Shown one piece after another: positions 53,756 to 64,000 of a stretch of 64,000 nt of DNA; positions within the stretch are counted from its first letter, which is position 1; every line of letters begins with the position of its first letter. The DNA lies in assembly GCA_002633005.1 (NCBI GenBank), contig NMRA01000555.1, forward strand, positions 217,867 to 281,866, given 5' to 3'. The notes beneath the pieces were generated by a model. That model was not told where the DNA came from, did no database searches, and saw only the letters and a list, made by a program, of their open reading frames with translations. A program made the translations under genes and the position numbers. The stretch is from Phoronis australis. Taxonomy: Eukaryota > Animalia > Phoronida.

Positions 53756-56271
53756 GCTTCGAACGTATTTGTGAAAAACTTGAAAACTCTTGTCCGCAAT
53801 GCTTATTCATTTCAAATTGTATTTCAAACACTTTTCTGTTTATATTGAAAATACAATTCATTAAATAATGTTTGTCAATATCTTCACCTTACCTAAAAGA
53901 CAACTGATATTGAAAGAGTGCCGGAGCACATTGACAACGTTGGTTGCATTTAAAACGTTTCTAAGTATCAAATATTTCAAATTATGTCTGACTTGAAAAA
54001 TTCCCACTAAATAAGATTGGCCCAAACCCCGCCTATCAGGGTAAACGGTGGGGTTTGGCAGATTGAACTAGACCGTATTTATCCACCTTGGCTGAGTCGC
54101 GCTCAGCTCACGATCAAAAGGATACCGCCAAGCTGCTCTTCATCGAGTCACGCCGGAAGCGAGAATAATTGGCTTTGCTTATGCGGATATGATCAGCTGA
54201 TTTCAATCTAGCCTAGACTTTTTATAGAGAGTTTTACGGAATTCGAACACTGAACTTTAATACATATGGGTTAGTTTTAATGACAAACGCTACTGAATAT
54301 GAAGAATGTCCTATATATCTTGTATTTCAAGATCTACATGTATATGAAAAGTCGCTCATCGCGGACTGACGACATTTAGAAGAGAATAAAATAACGGAAA
54401 TCGCTCCTCGCTATGTCAATACTGAGAATTGATGATACAAAAAGATTTTAGACGCCAATAAATTGCAGAACAAATAGACAGTTTAAATAATGTTTATTGT
54501 TTCTAATTCACAAGAATTACACCACATTGCAGTCAGACACATGAACAAAGTTGTATTTAATTTCGCAACCATTACACAATGTGGAAGCCAATTATCCGTA
54601 TAGTGTGTTTGGCGGTCATAGTGTGTCTTGTTTCTAAGTGTAATTGAGTCTGTAGGCGTTTTTTTTTTCTTTTGGAGAGGTGGAGTGAATGTGTTTTGCG
54701 AGTTCGATCCCGTGTATTTGAGTCACTAACGGTGTTTTCAGGTACGTGTGTCGAGTTTTTGCGTGCGTTACTGTGTTTTGTAGTCCGTTAGGCGTGTAGT
54801 TTAGGTGCCTTGTATATGGCCCCGTTGCCCGCGGATTCTGACTAGAGTTCGAGCGGAAAGGAATCCTTTCTGACGGTCAGGAATACTAAACGAGATGGGA
54901 GTTAGTGAGAACATAGGGCTGATACGACGCGCCAGATTTTCGTTTTTAGTGACTAAACCTGGCGAAAGGTATCCCAATATTTAGTAAAATTATCAACTTA
55001 TTATTATATAACTGTTTAATTATAATTTCTCGAAAAGTATTGATATATTGTTAAACTGCCCGCAAGGTCTCGCCTTCATGTCGTTATGAGACTGTAGGCC
55101 ACATTGAGCCAAAACATTCGACGAGTTAAAATGAATTATGCTTTGTTTGTTATGTATTTCATTGAGTAATTATCAAAATAAAATTCGGTGACTTTTCTGC
55201 CATATTTTGTTCCGGCGTACGATATTCCACCCACTGTCAAGACGTTTCAAACGGTTTTTACACCTGACTATGTTCAAAGTTTCATCCGCCGTCAGAAGGC
55301 ATGATAAATTAATCACAAACAGTTAAGAGTCAACAAAATTTCCAAATTTTTAATAATGATTTGAACGAAACTCCTTTGGTCAACTCTTGCCTTTGCCAAT
55401 TTTTTCTCCCTTTGCCGGACCACATGGCCAATTGTTGGGCATCTCCATGACATTTGACCTACGTCTGTGTCTTAAAACATCAGCACAGCTGTTGCTGACC
55501 TTCGGAGGGGCATGGCAAAATTTTCTTTTACAACCGTTTTCTTAAACTTCCTAAAATCTTGACAGGTGTACTTGGCCTAGTGAACAAGTCTACTCTGTGA
55601 TGTGGAGATCCTTGAACTAGTGGAAACCTAACGGGCAGTCGGCAAATCAATGTCTTTCTTATGCCCTCTGAAATTGTGGCTATTTCAGTAAATAGTCCAC
55701 CAATTTTAACATCAAAGTAGATTAATTTTACTGGCTGAAAAACAACAGGCAGGTTATTTTCTCCAAGTTTTAATTATTAAGGTATTGTTAATTAGACCGA
55801 GTTGTTTCCCACTGCTTATAACCAGACAAGAGAGCGCTTCAACTCCATGCCAATTGTAACAACAGATCGGCCTTGGGCACGAGAGATTGGAGCCCAAGGC
55901 TTTTGGTGTGGTAACTTACAACTTTGAAAGGGCTTTGGGGGTAAAAAATCATTGAATCATGAAATGTGTGCAAAAGAAAAAATTGAAGACTTTTATTTAT
56001 GGATCGGACTTGCATGGAAATATTTGAAAAAATGAGCAGATCCCCAATATCTTTAAAATTTGTGACGCACAAGGTGAGCACATATCAATGCACTGCATTG
56101 CTCTTGTTAAATTTACATGTATATTAGCACAAGTCATGAATCCACTGAAACAGGTCTGCAACTGATTAATTTGTCAGCATCTTACCCTGACACATAATCT
56201 AAACCTACACTGGTCATAAACACAGTAGCAGTCTGCCTGGGCTTCACACTCAATTAAGCATTACCAATTCA

Positions 56272-56954
56272 TTCAAGTCGACTGGACATGTTTGGGTGTC
56301 ATTTATTCAAACACCATCATCAGAAGAGAGAATGTAGACCAAACTAACAACAAGTACTTTAAAGTACCCTATGTTGGGTTTTACGCCAAGATTGCTCAAC
56401 GAAAACTCAACAAATTGGTGAATGATTACTGTGTAAACTTAAGAGTTGTATTAACATTCAAGTCTTTGAAACTGTCGAATTTATTTAACACTAAGGACAA
56501 AATTCCTATGGGTCTACGGTCCAGGGTAGTGTACAAATTTATCTGTGCTGGATGTGGCTCCAGTTATATAGGCGAAACTGTTCGCCATTTGAAAACCAGG
56601 ACCAAGGAACATCTAAATTCTGACAAAGGTTCACATGTAAAAATTCACCTACAGAACTCCAATCATTGTTATCAGCAGTGCTCTTTCAATGACTTTGCAA
56701 TAATAGACCAGCAGTAACAACAAAGGAGCTTAAAATTCGTGGGGCTCTACACATCAGTTGGTGCAAGCCCAGTCTCAGTAGGCAACTGGCACACCACAGG
56801 TTGTCATTGTTGGTCTAGTTCATTGTCACTCCCTGTAACTGACAGTGTCTGTGCTTCATTACTTGTGGCTGGGCCTAGCTAGGTGGCCACTGTATTCTCT
56901 CTTCTGATGATGGTGTTTGAATAAATGACACCAAAACATGTCAAGTCGACTTAA
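56272..56954 (+). mobile_element. Penelope-like element fragment (GIY-YIG endonuclease) with inverted ~60-bp terminal repeats
   Basis: Translation has VPYVG and VVYKFICAGCGSSYIGETVRHLKTRTKEH...SHV..H, the PLE GIY-YIG signature, followed by a frameshifted C-terminus. 56272-56333 is the reverse complement of 56894-56954. Confidence 0.9.
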
Positions 56955-57747
56955 AACCATTGTTGTTTTCTTTAATAATAAATGCTGCTACTTGATATCA
57001 TGATTACCAATTCAAATTCAAATTTACTAACAGACGACCATCAAAGTAAGTTAGGCACAGAATTTGATAAATTGATGTATCGCCACGTCATATTTCATAA
57101 AAAAATTCCAATTTTACACGATGACATCACAAATGTAAGAGCAGAGTCTCAATTGAACTATGGTGATCATGGGCCTTTATGTTTGTTAAGTAGGTTAAAA
57201 TTATGATTATAAACAGTGAAAAATGATTAGTTAATAGCCTCCTGAAGGGTAACAAACCTAACTACTATTGGAAGAAGTATTTGTTTGCATTAGAGGCATG
57301 TGGTCTGTTAAGTTCCATGTACCTAATGCATTCATAACGCTAAATCATCGTGAGAGACCGTCCGGAGTTGGTACATGGTGCAACTCAGGACGGTATGGGG
57401 TCAACAGAAAACCACAGTTCAACTGTGAGTCTACACCAATGTGATAAACGAGAGTAGTTCTACTTGCTGCGTCAGCTGCAGGTATGCTTATCTCTTTTAT
57501 GACACCCAATGTGTGATTGGGCAAAGCGTTTTCAAAATAATGTGGATAGATCAGCGGAGTGTGAGACCCCTGAGGTCCCTGTCAAGTGCTCACGACAATT
57601 CTACATTATACATGTAGGTTTAATCCAGAGAATAGCCTTTACTAGGAGACCTGCCTTCCATTAGACAATTCATGACACATCCTGCATAATTAAGCCAGTC
57701 AAGAGGACATTGCATTCGCCACATTAAAGTTAAAGAAGTGTTTTTCA

Positions 57748-58410
57748 TCACGTGAATGGCATCAATGTCAGGCTATTTCCCTCTCCATGTTGCTGTCTTC
57801 TCAAATCACACTCACTTCCTTGTTTAATCTTTAACATAGTAAACTTGATAACCAGTCTCCCAGTTAGTGGATTGTTGACTAGTCCAAAGCATTGTTCGAA
57901 CACGCCCATAAACTCGTGTTTCCTGTGTACAGTGCCCGCCACGGTCACCACAACCAATCCGTGGGCGTCCTTTTTCTCCGCTGAATGTGACGGGTTGAAT
58001 ATCAAGCCCTCATCGCGCACCATTGCCAGAGAACGATTCACAACATTCTGAGCACCCAAAAAATCATGAGTCTCACAGCTTCCCATGACCTCAATGTTCA
58101 AGGAGCAGTCTTCGAAAAAGTGCTGAACACCAAATTCCTCTGAGGGTTCATTTCTAACCAATGAATTGTAGGAATTTAGCATGCAATAGTACCAGCTGGT
58201 AAACTTTTCAGCAAGCTCCATTGAGGATACCACTTCTGAGCAATGAGGCTTAGTAAGGCGTGACAACGGCGGTGGAGAATAATCAATCCTTATTCTAGAC
58301 ACAGGTGACGATTCAGGAAAGTCAACTTCCACCCTCGACGGGGTTTTTGGTGATGTAAAGTCAAGTTTAAAGTCAGCAACAGGGGAAGGAGGTACTGATG
58401 GATGCGCCAC
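57748..58410 (-). CDS. C3orf38: C3orf38 homologue, last coding exon (NTF2-like fold); full protein ~318 aa
   Basis: Motifs LAEKFTSWYY.MLNS, FG.QHFFEDC.L, GLIFNP, HGLVVVTVAGTVH, GVFEQ.FGLV.NP and IKF are typical of the C3orf38/DUF4518 C-terminal domain. TTTTGCAG acceptor and TGA stop. Confidence 0.9.
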   Translation of the reverse strand: MAHPSVPPSPVADFKLDFTSPKTPSRVEVDFPESSPVSRIRIDYSPPPLSRLTKPHCSEVVSSMELAEKFTSWYYCMLNSYNSLVRNEPSEEFGVQHFFEDCSLNIEVMGSCETHDFLGAQNVVNRSLAMVRDEGLIFNPSHSAEKKDAHGLVVVTVAGTVHRKHEFMGVFEQCFGLVNNPLTGRLVIKFTMLKIKQGSECDLRRQQHGEGNSLTLMPFT

Positions 58411-59344
58411 CTGCAAAAGAACAGGAAATTAAATATGTGACCTGAATGGATGAGTGTTTGTATTCATGGCAAAATTTTTCACTTGCGATATCTGATATAC
58501 TGAATAATAACCCTGTGCACATCCCACACATGTATGTATATGCAGAAGGAGAGTCCTCTTCACTATGAAGCATTGAATAAGAGGTTCGTCAATAGCAGGA
58601 TATAATCTAACTCATTAACTACAAACCTCCAAAAATGGACAACACCAAAACTTAAAGAAAGTGTTCTAGATATAACACAGTTGTGTTCAAACTGGCTTGT
58701 TGTGATGAAATGAGTGTCAAATGACTAGATTCTGGCTGTGTAGCATTTGAACAGTTGTCAGGGATACAGTATAAACCTGTAAGGATGGGAGATCTGTGCT
58801 TCATACAACAGCAGGCATTAGTGGCAAGATCTCATTCAAACAAACAGTATCTACTGCAGTCACCATGACCAAATAATTCAAATTACTGTAGCATCAAGAA
58901 AACTTCAAGTGCCTTAGAAATTAATCTCAAAGTGCAACCATGCCTAACCAATCATTGTCTGGCAGAATGATATAATGCAACTGAATTTAATGATGCTAGC
59001 ATAAACAAACTGACAGATTTCTCGTGTTCAATCAAAACACTAGTGACTAGATGTCATGTTAATTTTCCTTCACCATGGTCATAACTCATAAATAAATAGT
59101 AGGATGAGCCACGTGACTTTGCAACATCTACAGAAATATTTCAACGAGTTTCCAGAGTTAATTTCGACATAAAGTGGCTATAAACCTGCCTTCCGCCACG
59201 AAAACCAACTTTTGATTTATACCACCGACCAATTTATATAAAATTGGTGTCAATTTGTTCATTACTCAAATTGCAGATGATGTCAGCATTTTCAAAGAAT
59301 CGACACTTCATCATGCTCCATGAGATCAAGTCCTGCATTTGGCC

Positions 59345-59418
59345 TGTCACGGTGTATGTGTCATGGCGTACGTGTCACGGTGTATGTGTCACGGTGTACG
59401 TGTCACGGTGTATGTGTC
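59345..59418. repeat. Minisatellite TGTCACGGTGTA(T/C)G x~5
   Basis: Directly visible 14-bp unit. Confidence 0.85.
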
Positions 59419-59858
59419 ATTTTACATGCCCAATATGCATGGTCTTGAGGAACAATGAAATGTCAGGTCTTTGTAAACCCGCTTCTCATCTGAGTCACGA
59501 CAAATTAAAGTGGCAAATGATTTAAATCAAAGCTTACTTCTTCAACCCAATGAATTTCAGTGTCCCAATTTTACAGATTGTCTCAAACTGGAGATTTTCT
59601 ATAGAACTGTGGAAACAGACCTACATAACTTCAAATCAACCAAAGATTTACACCAGAGAAAACTCATCTCCTAACAAAGCAAACATACGTCATACAAAAT
59701 TATCATTAATTTCCATGGGCGTGTAACACTTTTTGCTAGGGGCCTTTCAATGAAAGGAAGTTAAAATGGCCACCTGCCCAGTATGGCTCAAGTGCTGGCC
59801 TTCGACTGCATACAAAGATTTCACGGTCAGTCATAAATAGTGAAGTCTATAACCAAAC

Positions 59859-60031
59859 CTGCGAACTCCACATTGTTAGTATCTTGTCAACCAGGTCTGC
59901 CTTGGTGGAGTTTGTTGACACATCAATCTCCGTCTCTTTCAAGTACATCAGTAGGCATTCTCTCTTTAGTTTTTGTCTCTTGAGCAGTTGACTGGCACTG
60001 TCAGTGTAGAGTATGATAGCATCTTCGGCCT
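59859..60031 (-). CDS. C3orf38: C3orf38 homologue, coding exon 2
   Basis: EAEDAIILYTDSASQLLKRQKLKRECLLMYL...W matches the family pattern AI..YS.SA..LL.R.KV.RE....YL. TTTCAG acceptor, CAG|GT donor, phases consistent. Confidence 0.85.
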
Positions 60032-60957
60032 CTGAAAATGGTAGCATAAAGGACATAAACGGAGTCTTGAATTGTGAATGATCTGCACACTCAGGTGTTT
60101 ATTATGTTGGGTAATTGTCTTATGATTAACGGGCAAGTCAAAGTGGTGTCACACATTCAAAGCCAAGATAAAAACAAAACCTGGGTGATGGTACTAAAAA
60201 GGACCACTTGAGATAAACAAAGTTGTAGAAAATCATAACAGTATCAACTCCAAGGCTATGCACACATTAAACACCCAAGATGACAAGAGTCACTTACACA
60301 GCTTTCCCAGATTTTAAGACCCAGTTTATTGTCAATTATTCAGCAGAGGTACGGGTTCGAATAATGCAGGAACCTTATTACCTACAAGATTCATACTCCT
60401 GCATGCAATCAAACATATTTCGAACAGCCCTTCAACTGGCCGTTTTAACACTGCTCTCACAAGGGAATATGATGGCATCCTAACATGTCCATGTGCAAAA
60501 AAGTACTTATAGCAACATTACTTTGACGATTTTATCAGTGTGAGCCACTGTGAGGCATAGTTTGCCGAAAAAGCTTCCGGCCCAAGGCGGGCCTATGGGA
60601 TGGCCACCATATTAGGGTCAGTTGAGACTAGTAGTAGTAATAATTTTTATATAAAAGTCGGTCAGGTTTAACAATGAAACATTAGCATAATAAGTGCTAA
60701 TGATGTAATATCCGACAATTTTTAAAAATCTACAAACTAAAACTACAAAAACTTAAAGTATTAATACAAGCTAACTGGTACAGAAAATAACTGAATCATA
60801 AAGACAAAAGTACATGCAAGCGTGGTAAATTCATTTAAGGCAGCACATTGTCTCATTGCCGATGGCAAGACTGTGGTAGTCTACACAGTCTGACATGTTG
60901 TAGATGTGTTTCTGGTGAATCACATGAGCCTCTGTTAGCTACTCGCTAACGGGCAAT

Positions 60958-61030
60958 TGCCTATTAGCTGAATGGTTAGCACGCTTGCCGGTTTTATGGG
61001 GGTCGCTGATTCGATCCCCAGGTCGGGTAA
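60958..61030 (+). mobile_element. tRNA-derived SINE head or tRNA pseudogene in C3orf38 intron 1
   Basis: A box TAGCTGAATGG and B box GATTCGATCCC at tRNA-like spacing. The cloverleaf is imperfect. Confidence 0.6.
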
Positions 61031-61073
61031 TCTCGGCTACTACAGACAACTCAAAACGAGAGTTGGTCTTTAC

Positions 61074-61194
61074 CCCGTCTATTCACAGGATTAACAGCTT
61101 TTGTGGTTGAAGTATCACATAAGCTATAGATGTCGACAGTTGAGCATTTCTCTAAAATCTTCCTAAATTCTCTTTTCTCCGCCTTGGAGAGCAT
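61074..61194 (-). CDS. C3orf38: C3orf38 homologue, coding exon 1
   Basis: MLSKAEKREFRKILEKCSTVDIYSLCDTSTTKAVNPVNRR resembles the recalled C3orf38 N-terminus (LSxxE...ALCDTVTNRLV.P). Donor G|GTAAAG, phase 1. Confidence 0.85.
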
Positions 61195-62134
61195 GGTCGC
61201 TGATTTCTGCTGGGTTTTGTCGATTCTTAGAAAACCACATAGTAGTCAATTCAAAACTTCCGGCGTACTACAGAAACATACTTTCGATGATTTAATTCGA
61301 ACGCAAATAGGCTTCTGATCAACTTGAGAGAAACTGTTTCCTTTTTTTGCTAAGTTTTCCCTCTGAGACTTCAACAGGGGCATTTTTTTCAGTTTGACAA
61401 GTGGCGAAGGTTTATTTATCTGAGCAGCTAGAGTCCTCATGCGGGAAATATCAGAACTAAAAATCAGTGCAGGCGGATAGTAGCCTAACGAGGACAAGAA
61501 GAAACAAACATTGGATCAAAAATATGATTATCATGGCACATAATGATAAGATGAGTAAACAGATAATGAAAAAAATGTTGCAAACAAGGCTGCACATAAC
61601 TACGAAATATCTCAAATAAGACTATAGAGTACATTACAAAATCCGACCTTTCGAAAACGTCACCGCCGGAAAGTGTACTGAACGCCGGTATTTTCGGAAA
61701 CTGTGTCTAACTATGATGCAGCAATGTAAAACAAACAATAGCTGCGATTTTTTTAAATAAACAAGTCCGAAAATACGTCCATGATGGGTGTACTTTTGAC
61801 TGGACCCATTTTCAGAAATTCCAGGTACGATATCAACTATAGAAATTGGAACTTGAGATAAAGAGGTAGCATTCAACAGTGAGAAGCGCAAGGCGATTCT
61901 TCCATCAGGCACACAGTAAATGGTGGATGGCCTTTTATTCGGCAGTCACCAGGTGGCGTGTGAATTTTATTTACACTGTTTTATTACTCTCGTGGTCTTC
62001 TTAGATAACGAAATTTCTATAAATAGTTTGAAATTGTCGTTGTTCTGGCGTTTGAAATTTTTGCTCATCCATTTCCAGTTTAATTATAACAGACTGTCAG
62101 AATAAAAAACTTGAAAATTCAGTCGCAGTCAAAC

Positions 62135-62603
62135 GATATACTCCACACGTTCGTCCGTTGCTGATAATGTTTCTTCTAAAAAAGTTAAAACAGAGACCGG
62201 CAAGAGATCTTTTATGTATGCTGCTGATGCAATATGGAACTCTCTTAGCTCAGAAATTGAACTTTCAAACTTGTTATTAAAAAGAGTGGCTGTAATTTAC
62301 GTACCCATTCTTACACCTTACTTGTCTTAATTATGTCAGTTTTCATTATCGTAAGTACACTCACTATTTAGTATCGTCTGTTTTCGTCCAATTTTCACCA
62401 TCCTTGGTCATTTATTTATTATCTAAATTCTCAACCTGTATTAATTGTATCTTTGTTGCATGTATTTAATTATTGTTTTACTATTGTATTATATTACTGT
62501 TTTATATTTTGTTGTTGAGGGCTCTGTTGGAAAGCAGTGCTGTCACTGAAGAGGCCACCCTGATTTTAAATATCACAATAAATAAATAAATAAATAAATA
62601 AAA
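62135..62603 (+). mobile_element. L2/Crack-type LINE 3' end
   Basis: YSTRSS...VKTETGKRSFMYAADAIWNSL is a typical CR1-group ORF2 C-terminus. It is followed by a T-rich 3' UTR, a GAGGG...GGAAAGCAG..CTGA...ACCCT structured end and an (AATA)n tail. Confidence 0.8.
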
Positions 62604-62724
62604 GACTAGCGGAAGGTGTTCCTTTAGTGCAGTCATCTCGGCAGCAAACCAATTACACTCTCCAGCTAAGCTGAGCACATTTTAACAATGGTTTATTTAG
62701 CAGTTTTATGGTGATCGTGTAATG

Positions 62725-62964
62725 CATGCGCGCACCCGGGGGGGGGCTCGGGGGGCTCGAACCCCATTTGGCGAAGTGGGCAAAAAAGGTCCGCCCCAGA
62801 GAGACAAAAAGTCCGAGAAAATGGGACAAAAGTCCACTAAATAAGCGCAAACGCGCACTTCACAGTGGTGGTCCCGTTTTTTTAGTCCGCCCGCTGTGTT
62901 GTTAACCGAAAAACGTCCACGACGTCAAGAATTCGAGCCCCCCCCCAGGCTGGGTGCGCGCATG
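62725..62964. mobile_element. MITE with terminal inverted repeats CATGCGCGCACCC
   Basis: CATGCGCGCACCCGGGGGGGGGCTCG on the left and CGAGCCCCCCCCCAGGCTGGGTGCGCGCATG on the right, with TAATG on both flanks. Confidence 0.8.
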
Positions 62965-64000
62965 TAATGTACGATGGGTGACGAACTGTGCGGGAACTAG
63001 AAACTAGCGTAGTGCATGTAATGGATTTAAACTGGAATAAACTCGGTGAATTCAGGAATTGCTTTAATTTTCTGGTGCATGTAAGTCCCAAGCCTTAGTT
63101 TTCATAAAGCGTAAACATATCTTGTCGATGATCGAGTGCAGGGCCTGCGGTATCAAGGAGCATTTTCTTCAAGCTCAAAGTTTACAAATACGTCGTACTT
63201 AAATAGTAGAAATATTTCTGTTTTGTGTTTTGAAAGTTACCTTCACGTTAAATTATCTTTGATGCACCCGTCATATTATTTTGAGAAACATGGCTTGAAT
63301 TGTCATGAGGGTGATCTCCAGACGGATTTTGAAGTTATATTCTTGTCTCTATTATTGTAGCTTTATTTTTTTATTAGCCCAACCTGTGTCTCCTGTACTT
63401 TGTAACTAGTCACTAATGTTCACAAAGAATGCTCACTTAAATCTAATTTTCGCGCTTTATAAGCATTTGTTTCTGCCATTGTAATTCTCCTTGATGGACA
63501 TGGTAGTCCGACGTACTGGAATGCTCTAACTGTTTGTCGTCATATTAAAATTGTAATCTCTTGACATATTTCCTTTCAGGTGACACCATTTTAAAGCCCC
63601 GTGAAATGTGTTTTATTACATTCTGTAATCTTTCCCAGAAATACCACTGAATATACATGGAAGTGCAAAATGCGACAAAAACGTGTCGAAAGTGAGAACA
63701 CTCTCCAGGGTTTAAAATTTCCTTTTTTTAAGAGTATTTCTTCTTTTTTTGGTTTCAATATACTCTTATTTGATTCAAGTTTCTTCTTTTTTGTCTCATT
63801 TTTATCATTGTTTAGACTTTATTCCTACAAAAACGTTTATTTCTGTTAAATTTTAGAACCCAAAATTTTTCTTTCACACAAGCCTAATTATTTGTGGAAA
63901 ATTCCCCTCATTTTTGTCATTGGTCATTCCAAGTCCTGTCTGTTGCTAAATCCCATTCGGTTTCTGGCTCAATTCCTCATGCCAACGAAGAATTCAGGTA

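Noticed and set aside
50828-53848. Four repeated MDKPRNSFPLRL... ORFs as a small-protein family
   Set aside because: They start at GTG, their C-termini vary by frameshift, and they overlap the structured RNA unit and its T5 terminator.

Overview
Intron-rich animal (probably marine invertebrate) genomic DNA of about 37% GC by eye; the species cannot be determined from the sequence. Most of the window (4.1-49.9 kb, minus strand) is one gene. I traced 38 coding exons with consistent splice phases, giving an unidentified long coiled-coil protein of about 1,879 aa. It has one GC-AG intron, and two exons are duplicated around an assembly gap (probably an uncollapsed haplotype). A 3-exon C3orf38 homologue lies at 57.7-61.2 kb (minus). 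Between the two genes is the most interesting region: four 116-nt copies (two paralog types) of a Pol III-like small RNA gene with a terminal stem, a Y RNA-like GUAGUGG/CCACUAC upper stem, A/B-box-like motifs and a T5 terminator. A ~140-bp tandem array with conserved palindrome/hairpin blocks and variable spacers sits in the middle of this cluster. Also present are an RNase H non-LTR retrotransposon remnant, a Penelope-like GIY-YIG fragment between inverted degenerate hammerhead repeats, L2/Crack LINE 3' ends, tRNA-derived SINEs, MITEs and minisatellites. All coordinates were read by eye.
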